Origin: Dimorphilus gyrociliatus
Lineage: Eukaryota; Animalia; Annelida
Assembly: GCA_904063045.1 (NCBI GenBank)
Contig: CAJFCJ010000007.1
Coordinates: 4,471,404-4,535,403 of the forward strand
Direction of reading: 5' to 3'
Length of the DNA: 64,000 nucleotides
This document shows positions 12,001 through 26,079 of the stretch, in pieces. The position numbers and the translations under genes are program-made. The stretch's first letter is position 1. Each line of letters opens with the position of its first letter. Below the pieces are notes generated by a model, which saw only the letters and a list, made by a program, of their open reading frames with translations, was not told the DNA's origin and made no database searches.

Positions 12001-14190
12001 TTAATTTACCATTAAAAATAGTCTAGCCTAAATATTAACTCATTTTTCTTTGAATATATTTATTTTTAGATGCTTTAAAGGAAATGATTCATACTTTTAT
12101 AGTTAAGCTAAGAAAGATAATCTTAGATTCATCTTCTAATCTCCCTTTTTTACTTACTCCATACTCTTAGTGTTCTCATACAAACTCTATACAATATATA
12201 TTGTATGTATATATTCATATACATTATAAAAGATTTTTTATTATCTTGTCAAAACCAAATACGACAACTATATTTACTATTAAATACTACAAGTAGTAGC
12301 ACCCGTATCACTTTGTTTTCTATCACGTGACTTATTCAAATTCTACAAAAGTCGATTATTAGCCTAAAATTTTTATAGACTTCCGCAAAACAAATATATT
12401 AAAGTTTATGCCCAACGTAGATAAACGACTTTAAATATATAGTATATATCATTTATCGTATTGATTTTTTCGTTACTTTATGCACACTTTTAATAAGTAT
12501 GCACTTAAAATATATACAGCTCCATACCCTATACATACAGCCAGACGTACGTATAACATATATACAGTTAGCAATTCGCTTATATACACTATATATATAT
12601 ATATTAAACAAGAAACATGACTGCCATCCTTCACACCAAAAAAATCAAACAGTATATATATATAATACATTGTAATCTACTTATAAAGGGTAAAATTTAA
12701 CCAATAGATTAATGATCGTTCTTTTATAAATTGTAAGTTTTAATAAAGAAAAAGAAAGAGCTTTTCTCTTTCGAGTATGAACTCTACTTTTACAATAACT
12801 ATATAGGAAACAAATACAGTGAAAACTAGTGATTCACCTAGTTTATAGTACAATTACGAATATAACCTCTTTAGACAAGAATGATTAAGAAACGCCCGAT
12901 AGTGTAGGCATTAGGTTTCAATTGACTTATTACTCGTAGAATATTTTTTTTGACGTCCCGCCTTAATTTATACTGGAGCGTTTCCTTTTAAGGGAAATTG
13001 AAAAGTTCTCTCTTTTTTGAATGTTTATATTAGATATTTAGTACGAAAAATAAATTTATCCCTCTTTATTAAATGATTAAGAATTACGTAATTGGGTTTA
13101 TATGAAACATTTCACAGAGATAGCAGCTGCTTGCACGCAAATTTCATCGATTTCTTTTACCAAATGTTTGTCACCTGACTAACCGTAATGCTTATATCTA
13201 TATATACTTACATTATGTACATAAATATATAATATAGGTAACGCTTTACAAAAGAATAAGTTTGAGTAATCTATAAAGAATATAATAGTGACCCGTCACT
13301 AGATAAAAAAAACCGGGTATATAATAGATAAACATGTGTTAAGAGCACAATTGAGTTAGGGAATTAGGAACCACTTATAGATATATTATTATTATTAATA
13401 AATATAACAATAATAATAATAATAATATAATATTCTCAATTGCATTTCTCTTAAATAACTAGCCTGACGCGTTGAAAAATGACTAAGCGCATTAAAAAGA
13501 AATCACAACCTTTTGAGCCTTTGACGCATTGCCAATCGGTACCGATTCGTGATCAATATGTCTCTGACAGCAAACCGAACATACCAGAATTTTACAGTCC
13601 ATACAGTAGGTTGATAAAACTTGAGAATGTTCTTTGCAGTTTCCATCCTGCTTTAGTTTTAATACAGTTGAACCTTCGTTTGCAGCTATAAAGTTATGAT
13701 TTGATAACGGGCCGCTGTTGGGATGGCATGCTTGCTTACAGGTTTTGCAGTAAAACACTTCACACTGTTCGCAAATGTCCGTTGCCTCCTCTCCACATAT
13801 TTGACAATATTGCATATCGTCTTTTCTTTGTTTTTCTACTATTCTAGCTAAGGCTCGGTTCCTTGTCAGTGCCGCAGCCCCTTGCGAGGCGTCTAACCAA
13901 ATCAGCCGCTTACAAACTGGGCATTGCAGTACTACTGTTGACTGTAGAGCCAATAGGCTAGCTGAATTTGGCGTACCAATGTAGCTATTCGGTCGGCTAC
14001 TACAAATTATTCCAGAATCGGTTTCACTATTCAACGAGAGCTTATCAAAATCCTGTTGCTCAAAATCGGATTGTATAGCTGGAGATTGTAAGCCTACTGC
14101 ACAAGCGAGGCAAATAGAATGGCCACAGTTAAGAAGAACTGGATTAGTATAGAATTTCTTGCAAATTGGGCACTTGAGCTCTTCTTCCAT
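7498..14190 (-). CDS. TRIM9: TRIM9/TRIM67-like E3 ubiquitin ligase (RING, 2 B-boxes, coiled coil, COS, FN3; no SPRY seen), 2 exons (14190-13510, 8310-7498)
   Basis: The N-terminus MEEELKCPIC...CGHSICLACA and the insert DKLSLNSETDSG resemble TRIM9/67 as recalled. B-boxes are CQIC...CEQCEVFYC and CKEH...YCMDC. The phase-0 splice KAQK|NRLSLRLQQLSEKAK crosses a 5199-nt intron. The FN3 motif reads LELDDG...VYSGKDRVCTVDGL...YKARVAAFNSAGGSPYS. Confidence 0.9.
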
Positions 14191-15456
14191 TATATTCTTA
14201 TGTCTCTTCTTTTAATAAATCTATTATTTTCCTCTATGCGACATGAAAAAAGATACTCTCCACTTAAAATCCCAACATACCGCTATTGACCGCTGTTAGA
14301 GAGTGAATAAAAGTTAGTTGACGATTTTCGATTGCGCATGGTGGCGCTGTTGCAAATACTATTAGTCCTTACTAGATGGCGAATATCTACGGGTTGTATC
14401 GGGTGTATACCCGCAGGGTTTATTCCCTATAGAATTTATTATACAGCTGTTTTCCTTTATTTCTAATGTATCTAAACTGGGGATTAATTAATTATAGGAT
14501 TTTCAATAGTAAACATTGGAAGAAGAAAACAAGCTTGAATATTCCTTTTCGTATTATTTAAAGTAGAGAAAAATTAATTTTCAACTAAAATTAGCTATCA
14601 TTATGCACTAATTGCTTCAAATACTCGAAATACTAAGGGCTTACTTCCTCTTCTTAAGTCCGCATATTACTATCGATTAATTAATCATTAGCATATTGCG
14701 AAAAGGGGAGAAAAAAAAGGGTTTCAACGATAATCTTAGTCCAATTGCTTCCTGTTCCTGTCTCTCTCTCTCTCTTTCTCTCTGTGTGTGTGTGTGTATC
14801 TGTGTACTCCACCCGTCCCTCACTTTTTACTCTAAAAATAACGAATTTATCCTATACTTAAATCTAATATACATATATATTAAAATATTATCGTAATTCT
14901 TGATGGTTTATATTTGTATTTTTTATAGTTTAACCTATTTCCTTCTGGTTGGATTCTTATTTCTATATGTAAATTACTTTGATTATTTCAATTCTTTGTA
15001 AACAATTTATGCTGTGTACCTATACCATTCACTTAACTAATAAAATGACTAACTCCTTTGTAATAGCAAGGAATAAATATGCAAATTATACTCATATACA
15101 TATATATATATATATATATTGTATATAAGTACAATAGTCAAATACTTGTAAACTGTATAATTTCTCTTGATATTTATAAATATGTTATTGAAACTTATAA
15201 TGGTCTTTTCTGTACGAAAAATTTTGTTTTATATGATTTTAAGTACACATTCTAACTATTTTGTCACCTTATACGTTTCTAACAATTCTATATTTACCGA
15301 CAGATGGCATTTATTTTACAACTTTTTTAACATTTTATGCATCATTATTGAAATAAGGAAAAGTAAGGGAGAGGGCAAAGAGAGGTGAAATAAGGTAATT
15401 TGAACTCAATACTTTTGTTTATACGGTCAACGTATACACAAGGAAAGTTTTTTTCA

Positions 15457-15460
<4 letters not shown>

Positions 15461-15494
<34 letters not shown>
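15461..15494. repeat. (CT)n microsatellite
   Basis: Run of CT dinucleotides. Similar GA/CT runs occur near 6995-7025, 14761-14782 and 17191-17214. Confidence 0.9.
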
Positions 15495-15497
<3 letters not shown>

Positions 15498-16444
15498 ATA
15501 CCTGGCTTTTTTTGTTAGTTTATTTTTTCCATTAAAATTCTAGTACCGTAGAAAATTGGTACACGCTGAGACTTATCGACTCTAGATAAAGTCCCTCATT
15601 AATATTCATAGGGGGTGCTGATAAAACAAAAAAGAGAGAAGAGAGAGAGAGAGGGAGAGGAAAAATTTTAATTAACATTGTCCCATCCAAAGTTTTCTCT
15701 CTGATGACGACTCACATGATAAAAAAAGGGCAGAAGAGAGAGATAGGTGGATAGATAGCGCGAAGAATTTAGAGGGAGTATAGCATATCCAGAAGTGGTA
15801 AAGAATTAATTAGCGTGATATATCTGGTTAAAATCTCGCGTGGTCAAGACTGCTAGATCGATTTAAATTCGTAAATTTGCACATGAAATAGTTAACAGTA
15901 CCTGATATTCTCATTAAACATAGATCATTAGTCGTATTTGATTGGCTGTTGATTTAAAATGTTTACATTAACGTGAATAAGACGAATGCAAAACATAAAA
16001 TTGCCAACAACCAGAACGTTATAAATGCTGTATATAGAATATATAAATAAATATATATATATATATATAGAGAGAGAGAATTTTATATATAAAAAGATGA
16101 TAAACTCATAGAAAAAGAATAAGAAAACTTTAATAACAATACATAAATAGTAGCAGTAATAATAAAGTTATATTCTTCCAATTCCCATTTAGAAATATAC
16201 AAAAAAAAAGGAAAAGGGACTTTCTTACACTGTGAATAGTTAAATATAAATTTAGAATATAAGAATTTTTGGCAATTTTAACGCCGATTGCTTGACCTGA
16301 ATGGGATAGAACCGATCGATTTAGTTTATTGTTCCTTTCCTTTTATTCTTAAATATTTTTTGAAATTGCTACTTTGCATTTTTTTTTGGATTTAAATTAA
16401 TAAACAAATAGATATGTTTATAAATTTGCATATTTAATCTATTC

Positions 16445-16762
16445 ATGGATCAAAATTTTTATAGTCCTTCCTACGATTTCTATTGTATATACGAGAATAA
16501 AACTTTTGGTTCAGGTACAAAACTACGGATACTTAATAGGTTAAAAAACCGGAAATCCTATAAAGAATGGACAGAAGGTGTTAAAGATGAGGAAAATAAT
16601 TATAAAACTATTGGTTGTCCGCCCCTTGACAACCAAAATTTCCTTATAGAACTTAAAGAATGTTGTGAATGGGTCGTTAAATGCTGCGGGAGGTGGAAAA
16701 GTTTGCGGTTGGATTCCTCTTTGGAAAATTCTTTAGTAATAGAGAGATTGACGGAAGAATAA
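16445..16762 (+). CDS. Orphan Cys-rich ORF/exon (GCPP...ECCEWVVKCC); probably an internal exon using the acceptor at 16463-16464
   Basis: A 105-codon open frame in very AT-rich surroundings, with paired CC motifs and a tttttatag acceptor (phase 2). No family recognised. Confidence 0.45.
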   Translation: MDQNFYSPSYDFYCIYENKTFGSGTKLRILNRLKNRKSYKEWTEGVKDEENNYKTIGCPPLDNQNFLIELKECCEWVVKCCGRWKSLRLDSSLENSLVIERLTEE

Positions 16763-16785
16763 ATCCATTATGTATTTGTTTTTGA

Positions 16786-17103
16786 ATGTTATTAATAAAT
16801 GGAAATATTTATTCTTTCGTCAAATTTCTGATACTTACAATTGGTTTAATAATAATTATTCTATTGATTGTTATCTATTATATATATTTATGGAAATATT
16901 CGAAATTAGAAGCAAATATTGAAGAGAAAGCCATAGCATTAAAATTATCTAATGAGTTGAAGAATAATTTAAATAGTTTCGTTACTCAACAACAAACTAT
17001 TGAATTATTACGAGAAGTAAAGGCGAATATACGAAAGAAAGCAGGAAAATTAAAGAGAAATAATGAACTATTACTAATACCTGAGGTAGAAGAAAAGGAC
17101 TAA
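16786..17103 (+). CDS. Orphan single-TM ORF with a charged, coiled-coil-like tail
   Basis: Hydrophobic run FLILTIGLIIIILLIVIYYIYLW followed by the charged tail KYSKLEANIEEKAIALKLSNEL...EVEEKD. No AG acceptor exists between the upstream in-frame stop and the TM segment. Confidence 0.4.
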   Translation: MLLINGNIYSFVKFLILTIGLIIIILLIVIYYIYLWKYSKLEANIEEKAIALKLSNELKNNLNSFVTQQQTIELLREVKANIRKKAGKLKRNNELLLIPEVEEKD

Positions 17104-17190
17104 CTAAAAACTATTTAAAACAGATTAATCATGAAAAGATCATTTTTTGTATACCTTATTCTTAAAATTCAATCCTTTTCAACTAGTTTT

Positions 17191-17223
<33 letters not shown>

Positions 17224-18731
17224 TATGCCCTTATTTTTTTATAAGAGAAGAGTACCTTTTTTTTTACATAAACTAATATTTAACACCTGGCTTATCACAT
17301 AATATTTTTTTATATACAAGATGCGGGTTAGCAAATATGTTATACAGCAAATATCATTGTTAACCCTTTTATAGGTAAAAAGGGAGAGAAATGACAAATG
17401 CATTTGTTTAGAAAGAAACGTTTTATAGAAAATAGCGAAGAGAAAGAGAAAGAATAGAATACAAATGATCTAGAAATGAAAGGAAGGAAATATCGGTGGG
17501 TGAGTAAAGGGAATTGGAAGAAAAAGCATAGATTTAATAAATAGAATAATTTAGATAGTATAATAAAATCATTAGCAAATATTTAACGTATGGTGGCAGG
17601 TTAACGACGTAAAAGTTCTATAAATATTTTAACTCATCGTTCATTTGCCTTTCTTGTAAATGGGCTTAAATGTTTATTAATAACAATAATTAATTTACTC
17701 TCTATAAATAAGGGATTAAGAGATATATCTAATCAATCTAATACAATTAAGAAGGGGTACAAACATTTGTGTTTGCATATTATAGTACTTTTATTGTATA
17801 TTATATATAAAATCTATTTAGAGATATTTATATAGTATACGCTTTGTATATTTATATATATCCCATATATTAATTAAGAAAAGAATTTGTATTAATCTAA
17901 AAAGATTCATTTTTAATTTAATAGAGAAATTTAAACTTTTTCTATAAAAAGAAATGCAATGAGAAAGTAGATAAATTAATTAACTAATTATTAATTAACT
18001 TATGCATAAAAAAACCAGCATCATATTTATTTCATATTAATAATTGTATTTTTTTTTATACCAACTTTTCAAGCTTTTACGAAATCAGAACAATCGATAT
18101 ATTAGTATAATATATATGTAGATATATACTGTACATGTGTACCAGATATTTTCAAAGAAAAACAACATATAACAACAACAATAATAATTATTCTTTTCTA
18201 ATAATTTGCATACTACTAATTTACATATGCATATAATTAATTTTGTCTTATTTATTTCCTTATTTCTTGTTCTTTTTACTATAAACTATTACAGTTCTTA
18301 CAATAGACGATTATTTTTATAACTGTTATAGAGAAGTTTATGTTTTATTTTATTATGTAATTATATACAAAAATGATGTAATAAAAGGAAACATGCTTAG
18401 AGATTTAATGAAATCGTTTCGATCAAATTTTAGCTATATAAGTTAGACTGTTAAAAAAGGCCATAAATATCTTTTACGATAATACTCTTTATAAGTAAAG
18501 AAAGAAAATAGAGGAGGAGAACATTTTTATGATACGGTAGAGGGCGCATCTAATAGCGAAATGGAAATAGTGTTGAATGGAAAGAAATAAGGGGAGGGGA
18601 GGAAAGAAGAGACAGTCTAGAATAAATAAATACATTTCAATTTCTATTCTTTTTTATTGTTTTTTTTTTCTTATCAATGGTAGCGTATTAATGAATGGAG
18701 GAGATTGTAAACTCTTGTTATTGTTAGTTTG

Positions 18732-21424
18732 CTACATAAAATTTGGATTGTCTATATTACAGCATGCACAAAAGCACGATCTTAGAAAATGTCTTCTAAA
18801 AACGTGGGACATGAAACCGTAAATAATTGGATTGAAGGCGCTATGAGCAAAAGCCAAACATGAGACAATAGTTTTCAGAAGAGGCACTATTGGTCCACTT
18901 ATTAAATTAAAATCTTCGCATAGCCTAAATACGTATGAAGGTGTCCAACAAATTATAAATACAGTTATAATTACAAACACCAATTTTGTAATTCTAACGC
19001 GACTTTTAGTCGTTCTTTGTCCTGTTATAGACTTAGCTTCGGCTCTAGTACAGGAAAATGATACTCTCCTCCATAAAGAATTTGCCACTAGAGTATAGCA
19101 GATGGCAATAATTAGCAAGGGCATCAGATAGTAAAAGAGAAATTGAATTATATGATGAATTCTTCTCTTTTCAACATTTGATTTTTCAACGCAAGTACTC
19201 TCTCCGTGTGTTGCAAAAGTTTCGTACTCTCTTCTATCCATATCATAGATGACTAATAGTCCACTTACAATCCATATACAAACGACAATAGCAACAGCAT
19301 TCCTTTGACATCTGTTAATAGTATTAATTATGATTAATATTCCATATGTCTTAGCTCAATTAGGTTAAAAGAGAGGAGGAAAGAGAGCAAAGATGATGAT
19401 GGATAGAAAAAAAAAAGATATTTCCTAACAGTATCTGTTATAATACAGTAATTATAGATAATTAATTATGAATATTATTTGATTTTTGTACAGAGTATGA
19501 TGGTTCAGGTGAATATAAAGTTAAGTACTAATTGTTTAACGGCCATTTTCACTATCTCAATATTTTCTATTTATCTTAAACAAGTATTAATTATTAATTA
19601 GAGTAAAATGATATCATTATTAAACGACTTTAAAATTCATTTATAACTACTTAATACAAAACGTATAGAATATCACAAATAATATTTATTTATAGATTTA
19701 AAATGTATATTCTGTATACCTCTTTTATAATATTAAAAACCGTTAAATAAGTATATATTCTCTTGATAGGCCAAATATAGTACAGTTGAAAAGCGTCACA
19801 ATCCTATTCTTTAGCGAAATATTAAGTATGGTAAAGAGTTATCTAATTTTATAGTATCTTTGAAATGTTATACAAGTAATAATGTATGAAAATATCTTGT
19901 ATATTTCCTCTCGACTGTTCTGTATGTACATTTTATACAGTACATTGTACATGTATATATAGTATACTGTATTAAAACGTATACACGTTTAGACAGTTTA
20001 TACATAACACTGAAAAAAACTAGTTTTAATTAAGTAACATCCACCACCCCCGCCCTCTCTTTTTTCGTTTTTTCCTATTCTCTTTCTCTGTACGTTTTCT
20101 TCTTAAAATGCAATTTACCGTCCTTGATGAAACTAATAGCAACATTCAAGGTCGCTGCGATAAATTTTACACTGTAATATTGGCTAGTCGCCTTTATTTA
20201 TTGAGTCGTTCCAGCATAAAAAGGCGTCTAATGTATAATTAACAGATTTGAAAATGAAGTCAATTATGTACAAAGAAAAAGATAATTAAATAACGTATGA
20301 AAAACTATTTGGTTAACCTTGAAGCGCTTCCTACCTACTCTTAATAATATAGAAATATTGAAATAATCCCTCCTCTAATACCTTTCAATTTCATTAATCT
20401 AAGACTTTCAATATCATCAGAATATAATTTCTTTCCAAGAAAGATAAACAAGTAACACAAGTCTCTCTTTCTATATTTATTGCTTGTACTTTTACCTTTT
20501 TACTCCAATTTACCTAATAATTAGTACTAGAAAAATGTCCATCATTTAGTTCTATATAGCATGGCAGTTGCATGAAAATATTTCTAAATAAAGATAATAA
20601 ATCAACACTTATTTTTTCTTTACCTGAATTTTCTGGATTTTATAGGTCTAACAACGGCATTATATCTATCTATTGCCAGAGCTGTCATCGTAAAAGCACA
20701 TATTGGGGAGGATAGGGTCAAGATGTATTGGCTTGCTTTACCTGTTTAGAAAGCGTATACAAAATAGTAATTATAAACCGTAAGAAGGACTACACTAAAA
20801 GATAAGAGATTGTAGACTAGTGCAAATATTCAGTTTATTATTATTATTATTGTTATTATTGTTATTATTGTTATTATTATTATTATTGTTATTAAAGTAA
20901 TTAGATTAAAAGTTACTTTCTTATTCCGTAATGGAAATTTCGGAATAGAAATAAGAAAAAAGTTAAACAAACTTACACATAAAACTACCAAAATACCATA
21001 TTTTACTATAGTAAAAGAAGCTCATGAAAGGCAAACATCCAATAAGGAATAGTAAATCAGCAAAAGCCAAAGATGCTAGGAAAGTATTAGTTGGTGAAGC
21101 TTTATTACAAAGAGATACCCAAGCAACTATAGCGTTTCCAACTGAACCAAAAGCGAATATAAATGGGCATAAGAGACCAATTAAAAATTTTGAAGCGATT
21201 GACTGCGATTGTTCATCTTCATGCATTTTTATTATTGAAATTGTAGAATTTGACGATTGTAGACATTGTATTACAAGTTCGAATTCCTTGCAAACTTTCG
21301 ATTCATTATCCAAATAGCAAAGTTTAGTTAGATTAGCAAACTCTGAGTCAAGTTCAGGCGTTGAATTAAACGTGAATCGCCGATACATTTCTAACGATGT
21401 GCATTGCATCATTGTCCTTTTCAA
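18732..21424 (-). CDS. Rhodopsin-class neuropeptide GPCR, allatostatin-A/galanin/kisspeptin receptor clade, 3 exons (21424-20977, 20741-20624, 19311-18732)
   Basis: Motifs seen: GN in TM1, TNTFLASLAFADLLFLIGCLPF in TM2, W.FG.FMCK, IDRY, RNA..IVVCIW in TM4, CWTP in TM6 and NPIIYGFMS in TM7. Splice phases 1 and 2 join the exons in frame. Confidence 0.85.
20836..20892. repeat. (TAT/TGT)n trinucleotide microsatellite in GPCR intron 1
   Basis: ttattattattattattgttattattgttatt... Confidence 0.9.
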
Positions 21425-24400
21425 AATGACTAGATCACAGGGAACAACTTCTTGGGAGATTTGCTAAAATACAATTAATTTACCACCTAAGCATAGATTC
21501 CGTGAATTTATCACCAATCCGATTATTTCCTATAGACGTTTGTAACTGATAAACTAGTGTAAAAAAAAGACGTTGAATTATATTTCTAGGTGGCGCTAAT
21601 AGTTTTTTTTTCACTATTTTTCTTTTCAGCTAAAAAAAATTAATTTCCTCTATTCAAAAACATCTGCCGCCTTGTATTTACAAATATAATATATATATAT
21701 ATATATATATAACATATAATATATACTGTATATATAAGTGTGTGTGAGTGTGTGTGAGTGTATGCGTTTAAAAAATGTTAAGTGTATACAGTATATATAT
21801 ATATAAGAGTCTTCTTTTTAAACAAAGAATTTCATGTTTTTTAACAGCTTATTGTTAACAATCGAATAAGATAAATAAAGATGATTAATATTTAAATATT
21901 CGATATTTCATCTTCGATCTAAGTGATGAATTATAACCAGTTCAAGGTTATGTATTTTTATAAAAAATTTCTCTTTATTTCTAGGTTTTCGATGCTAGAT
22001 AATTAATTAATTAATTAGTTAATTAATAAAAGGAAAAGAAGTTTATTTTACATCTTTTGTATTTGGTTTCTGTTTTTTTTTTTCTAAATAAAGAAAACGA
22101 AACTAAAAAAAGAAAAAAGAGGAAAAATACGAAATAGAAACAATAATAAGTTAGAAATAAAAAGGGGAAAAAACAGACAAATGGTGGAAAATCATTTTAA
22201 GCTTAAAAAAGAAAAAAGAAAAAAAGGAAACAGAACAATAAATAATCTATATAATTTTTCGCTTCTATGAACTTAGGGAATACGTATTAATTATATACAA
22301 CGAATTTTGTATATATAAAGAAATTAGCTCTATATAATATATATCAAATTTAATATACAGTTATCAAATGATGTTATAAAGACGAGAAAAGTCAACTTCC
22401 TAGTCATGTACAAGTATCTTTTATATATTCGTTCTATTGTCTCGTCTTTTGTATGGGGATGGATGTTGTGAAAACTTTTAGGATGATCTTAATCCTATAC
22501 TACCGCTGTATTTATATATAGATTTTGTAATTTTTGTTATATTCAATAGGAAATATATAAAACTATCAAACGTATTGAAGAAGGAGAGAAAAGATTTTTT
22601 TTATCATTAAGACAATCGTTTAAATCCCTCCTGCCCCCCTCCTTCTTTCCCTCTATTTCATTCCTTCCTTCTTTACGGGAGTTTTTTCCTTTTCCCAATG
22701 ATTTAAAAATAACAAAGTTGAGAATGCAATAAAAGAGAAAATCATTTATAAAGGTTCTAGAAAGTGGTAGGATTAGTTTAAGAAACGAAATTAAACTTAA
22801 TTAAATACATCAAGTATTTAATTGTGTATTGTGTATCTTATGTATGTTTCTTTTTTATTAATGTAAAAATGGAATAAATGAAAAAATACTGTTCTTTCTT
22901 TAAAATCTAATAGAAAAATTATTATCAAATTAAAAAGGAAATATCAATTTTAAAGTTGATAATAGTAAAACGATTATAAGAAATAGATAAGCTTTGAATT
23001 ATTATGCTTTAATTATTATAATATGTAGTATATTAGATCATCAGAAAAGAATTCAAAACTATTTTATGAGCGGAGAATTATAGGTTTTTCTCCATTTTAA
23101 TTGTCTATTTACTTATACTTATTATTATACATTCCGAACAAAAAATTTAATATATCAACGCCTGGAAATTATCTCACTTTAACAGTTATTAAAGTTCAAA
23201 TATTAGCTTTGATTGTTGAGAAACCACATGGCTTTAAAGCAAAAGCGTTGTAGACATATCCCAATAACATTTGTTTATAGCTAACCTTCACCTAAAATAA
23301 TTTTACCTCCGCAATCAATATGAAACACTAGTCAATAATTGAAAGATTTAGTCACTACAGTAGCCACCCAACAGTCTTCAACGCGTGGCAATGATGGTAA
23401 AGGGAAACTGGAGGGATAATCTCTAATTGCAGTTGGGGATACACGAATGGAGGAGACGTTCTAAAATACTGAGCATTAGAATACTGTGCTTCGCAGTGGG
23501 GCAACTATAAGCGGTTTAATACTTGCGATAATGCTATTTTTCTCTTATTAAATTGCCTTTTAATTAAAAATAATTTAAATAGGACAAGGACGGAGCAATA
23601 GAAGTATTCAATTATCTTTTGAGGAGAGTTTTATCACAAACATCTGTGTGTAGTTCTTAAAACTCTTAAAGAGATTAATAGAGTATGAATTTGGTATAAT
23701 CGGCCTAAAAGTATAATATTTGTAATAAGAATTTTTCATTTTCTTGACCTATAAAAACCATATATGATTAATGATAGAATTATTAAAATACTTCTTAGAC
23801 GAGCTGTTGTTAGTCATTGAGCTCTCCCTGGCTCTATATTGCCATCCTATTAAATTACTCGTATTCTTTATCTGTTTTCCTTGTATATCTAAGATTGAAA
23901 TTTAATAAAGAGAGAGAGAGACAGAGAAAAGAGAAGGCAGAGATAAATGGAATAAAAGGCAAACTAGACAGGATATAAAAAACTGGCTACGTAAGCAAAA
24001 AAAAACTGAAGGTTAGTAGGACTGACGGACTGATGGCCTGATGGATGGGTGAATGAATGAGTAAGTGAATTTATGAATGAGTGAATGAATGAATTAAAGC
24101 ATTCAAATAAAATGAAAAAGTAAAGTAGTTAACATAATGGAAAGAAATATCAAAAATACATAATACAGTAAACTATTCATATATACTATATCTATCTATT
24201 TACTAATACTGTATATAAAGTTTATTAAACATGCAGTAAATAAGTGTAAAAGTAATTTTTGTACTGGATATTAAAAATCGTACACTTAAAATACAGGTTT
24301 TGTTTTCTCACGGCCAATTGACAAAAACAAAAGGTTTTGGGGCTTGAAATATATAATCTTTTGAATTGACAGAATTGTACCATAAGCTATAGCGAAACAC

Positions 24401-26079
24401 ACATTTCTAAAAATAGACACTCTATATATAATAATGAATAAAAGACTAAAGAAAAATACTATATACGTATGTTCTTTTTTATTATTAATTCCTTATAAAC
24501 AATAAAGACAAAAAAAAACAACGAAAAAGAGATGTTTATGGGATATTTTTAGAATATTTTTCTACCTTTGTTTGTTCTATTTTTAATTCTTAATTTAATA
24601 TTTTATACTCGAAAATTACTATGTTCCTTTATTGTCTATTTAGTCATTAATAAGGACACTTGTTTTTGGAGATAGAGTTAGTCTATTATGCTCTTTATAC
24701 AATATTTGTTATAGAAGAACAAATTGAAAAGAAATACATAAATGGTTTAAAAGATTGATTTTATGATATATCAGTACGTTGATTTCTATCCATTTCTTTT
24801 TCTAATCTAACCTTTTAACCTTCAATGTGAACATAAAAAGGTTAATGAATTGACTGTAAATGTGTTTGACACAAGTTTAAAGACATTATCATTCAAGATA
24901 ATCTTGAGATACGGACAATTTTTAAAAGGTTTATTAAGAGTAGAATTATAAATTTTCTTCATTTTTGTCCTATAGATTCTTTTAAAATCAATTAATCATA
25001 CAAGATATAAACAATATGAATCAGTCATCAAATTTTCTAAGCAATTCTACCTTCTTTTTCTTCTCTGTACGATTTTTAATGTTTCATATAGGCAAATCAC
25101 ACTCCTAACTATTCAATGTAGGGAATTTTAACGCCATCTATAATGAAAACACAAAGTAAAGACAATAGAGAAAATTATCATTTATTCTTTAACCTATGTA
25201 TTGATTATTGTTATTTCTCTTCTAAAGACTACAACTTTTTGTGTTTTAATTAAAAGGTTGGTAGGTAGGCCTATTCTGTGCAAAAGTATAAAGTTACCTT
25301 ATTTATATATAAGAAAGTTATAAACAATGGATAAAAAAAGAAACTAAGTAGATCACTGTTGTATTGATTGATTATAACGGACAAGCAAGTTTCCAATTAT
25401 TTTCAACTCAGATAATTACGAAATAATAAGTAAGAATGTACATAGGCATAATTTTTTTTGTGAGTGTTAACCTCCCCTATCCCTCTTTAAAAAAATACAG
25501 TATAACAAAAAAAAACATTCAGTAAGTAAACGCAAACAGAATTAAATGATCAGCATACGTATTGTCTAGCAAACGATAATCGCAAGGAAACAAACGCCAT
25601 TCGAGTACACAAAAAGAAATTGATTAACTGCGACCCTTTCGTGACACTGGTATTGATATTTACATTAAATAACCTTGTACTCGACAAGAGGACATTTGTT
25701 ACCTGTCGATTAATTTTGTTTATTTTAAGACTTTTACTCTTTATTTTGACAAGCTGAAGTATCTTTATACACTATTTTTTTCCTAAACATATTAAATACA
25801 GTATTTTACATTTGTAACTATTTCTGTTACAATAAGCGAGCTTTGTAGTACAAGTAAAAAGCTTTAAACAATGCACATAGGGTAAAGATATACTCTTGAA
25901 TAAATGAATCGTTTGTATGTTACTCCCTTTTTTCCTGTCACTGCTTTTTGTCTTTTTCATTCTTTCTTTTTCTCACTCCTATAAATATTTTATTATCAAA
26001 GCATCTAAATTTATTATACTTTCTTTTATTTATACTGTAATGACGGTATAAAATTCAAAATAAAAACTAAATTGTTTCA

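Noticed and set aside
21500-26000. Search for hidden genes, tRNAs or transposons upstream of the GPCR
   Set aside because: No ORF with coding character, tRNA boxes or terminal repeats were recognised; treated as regulatory/intergenic DNA.
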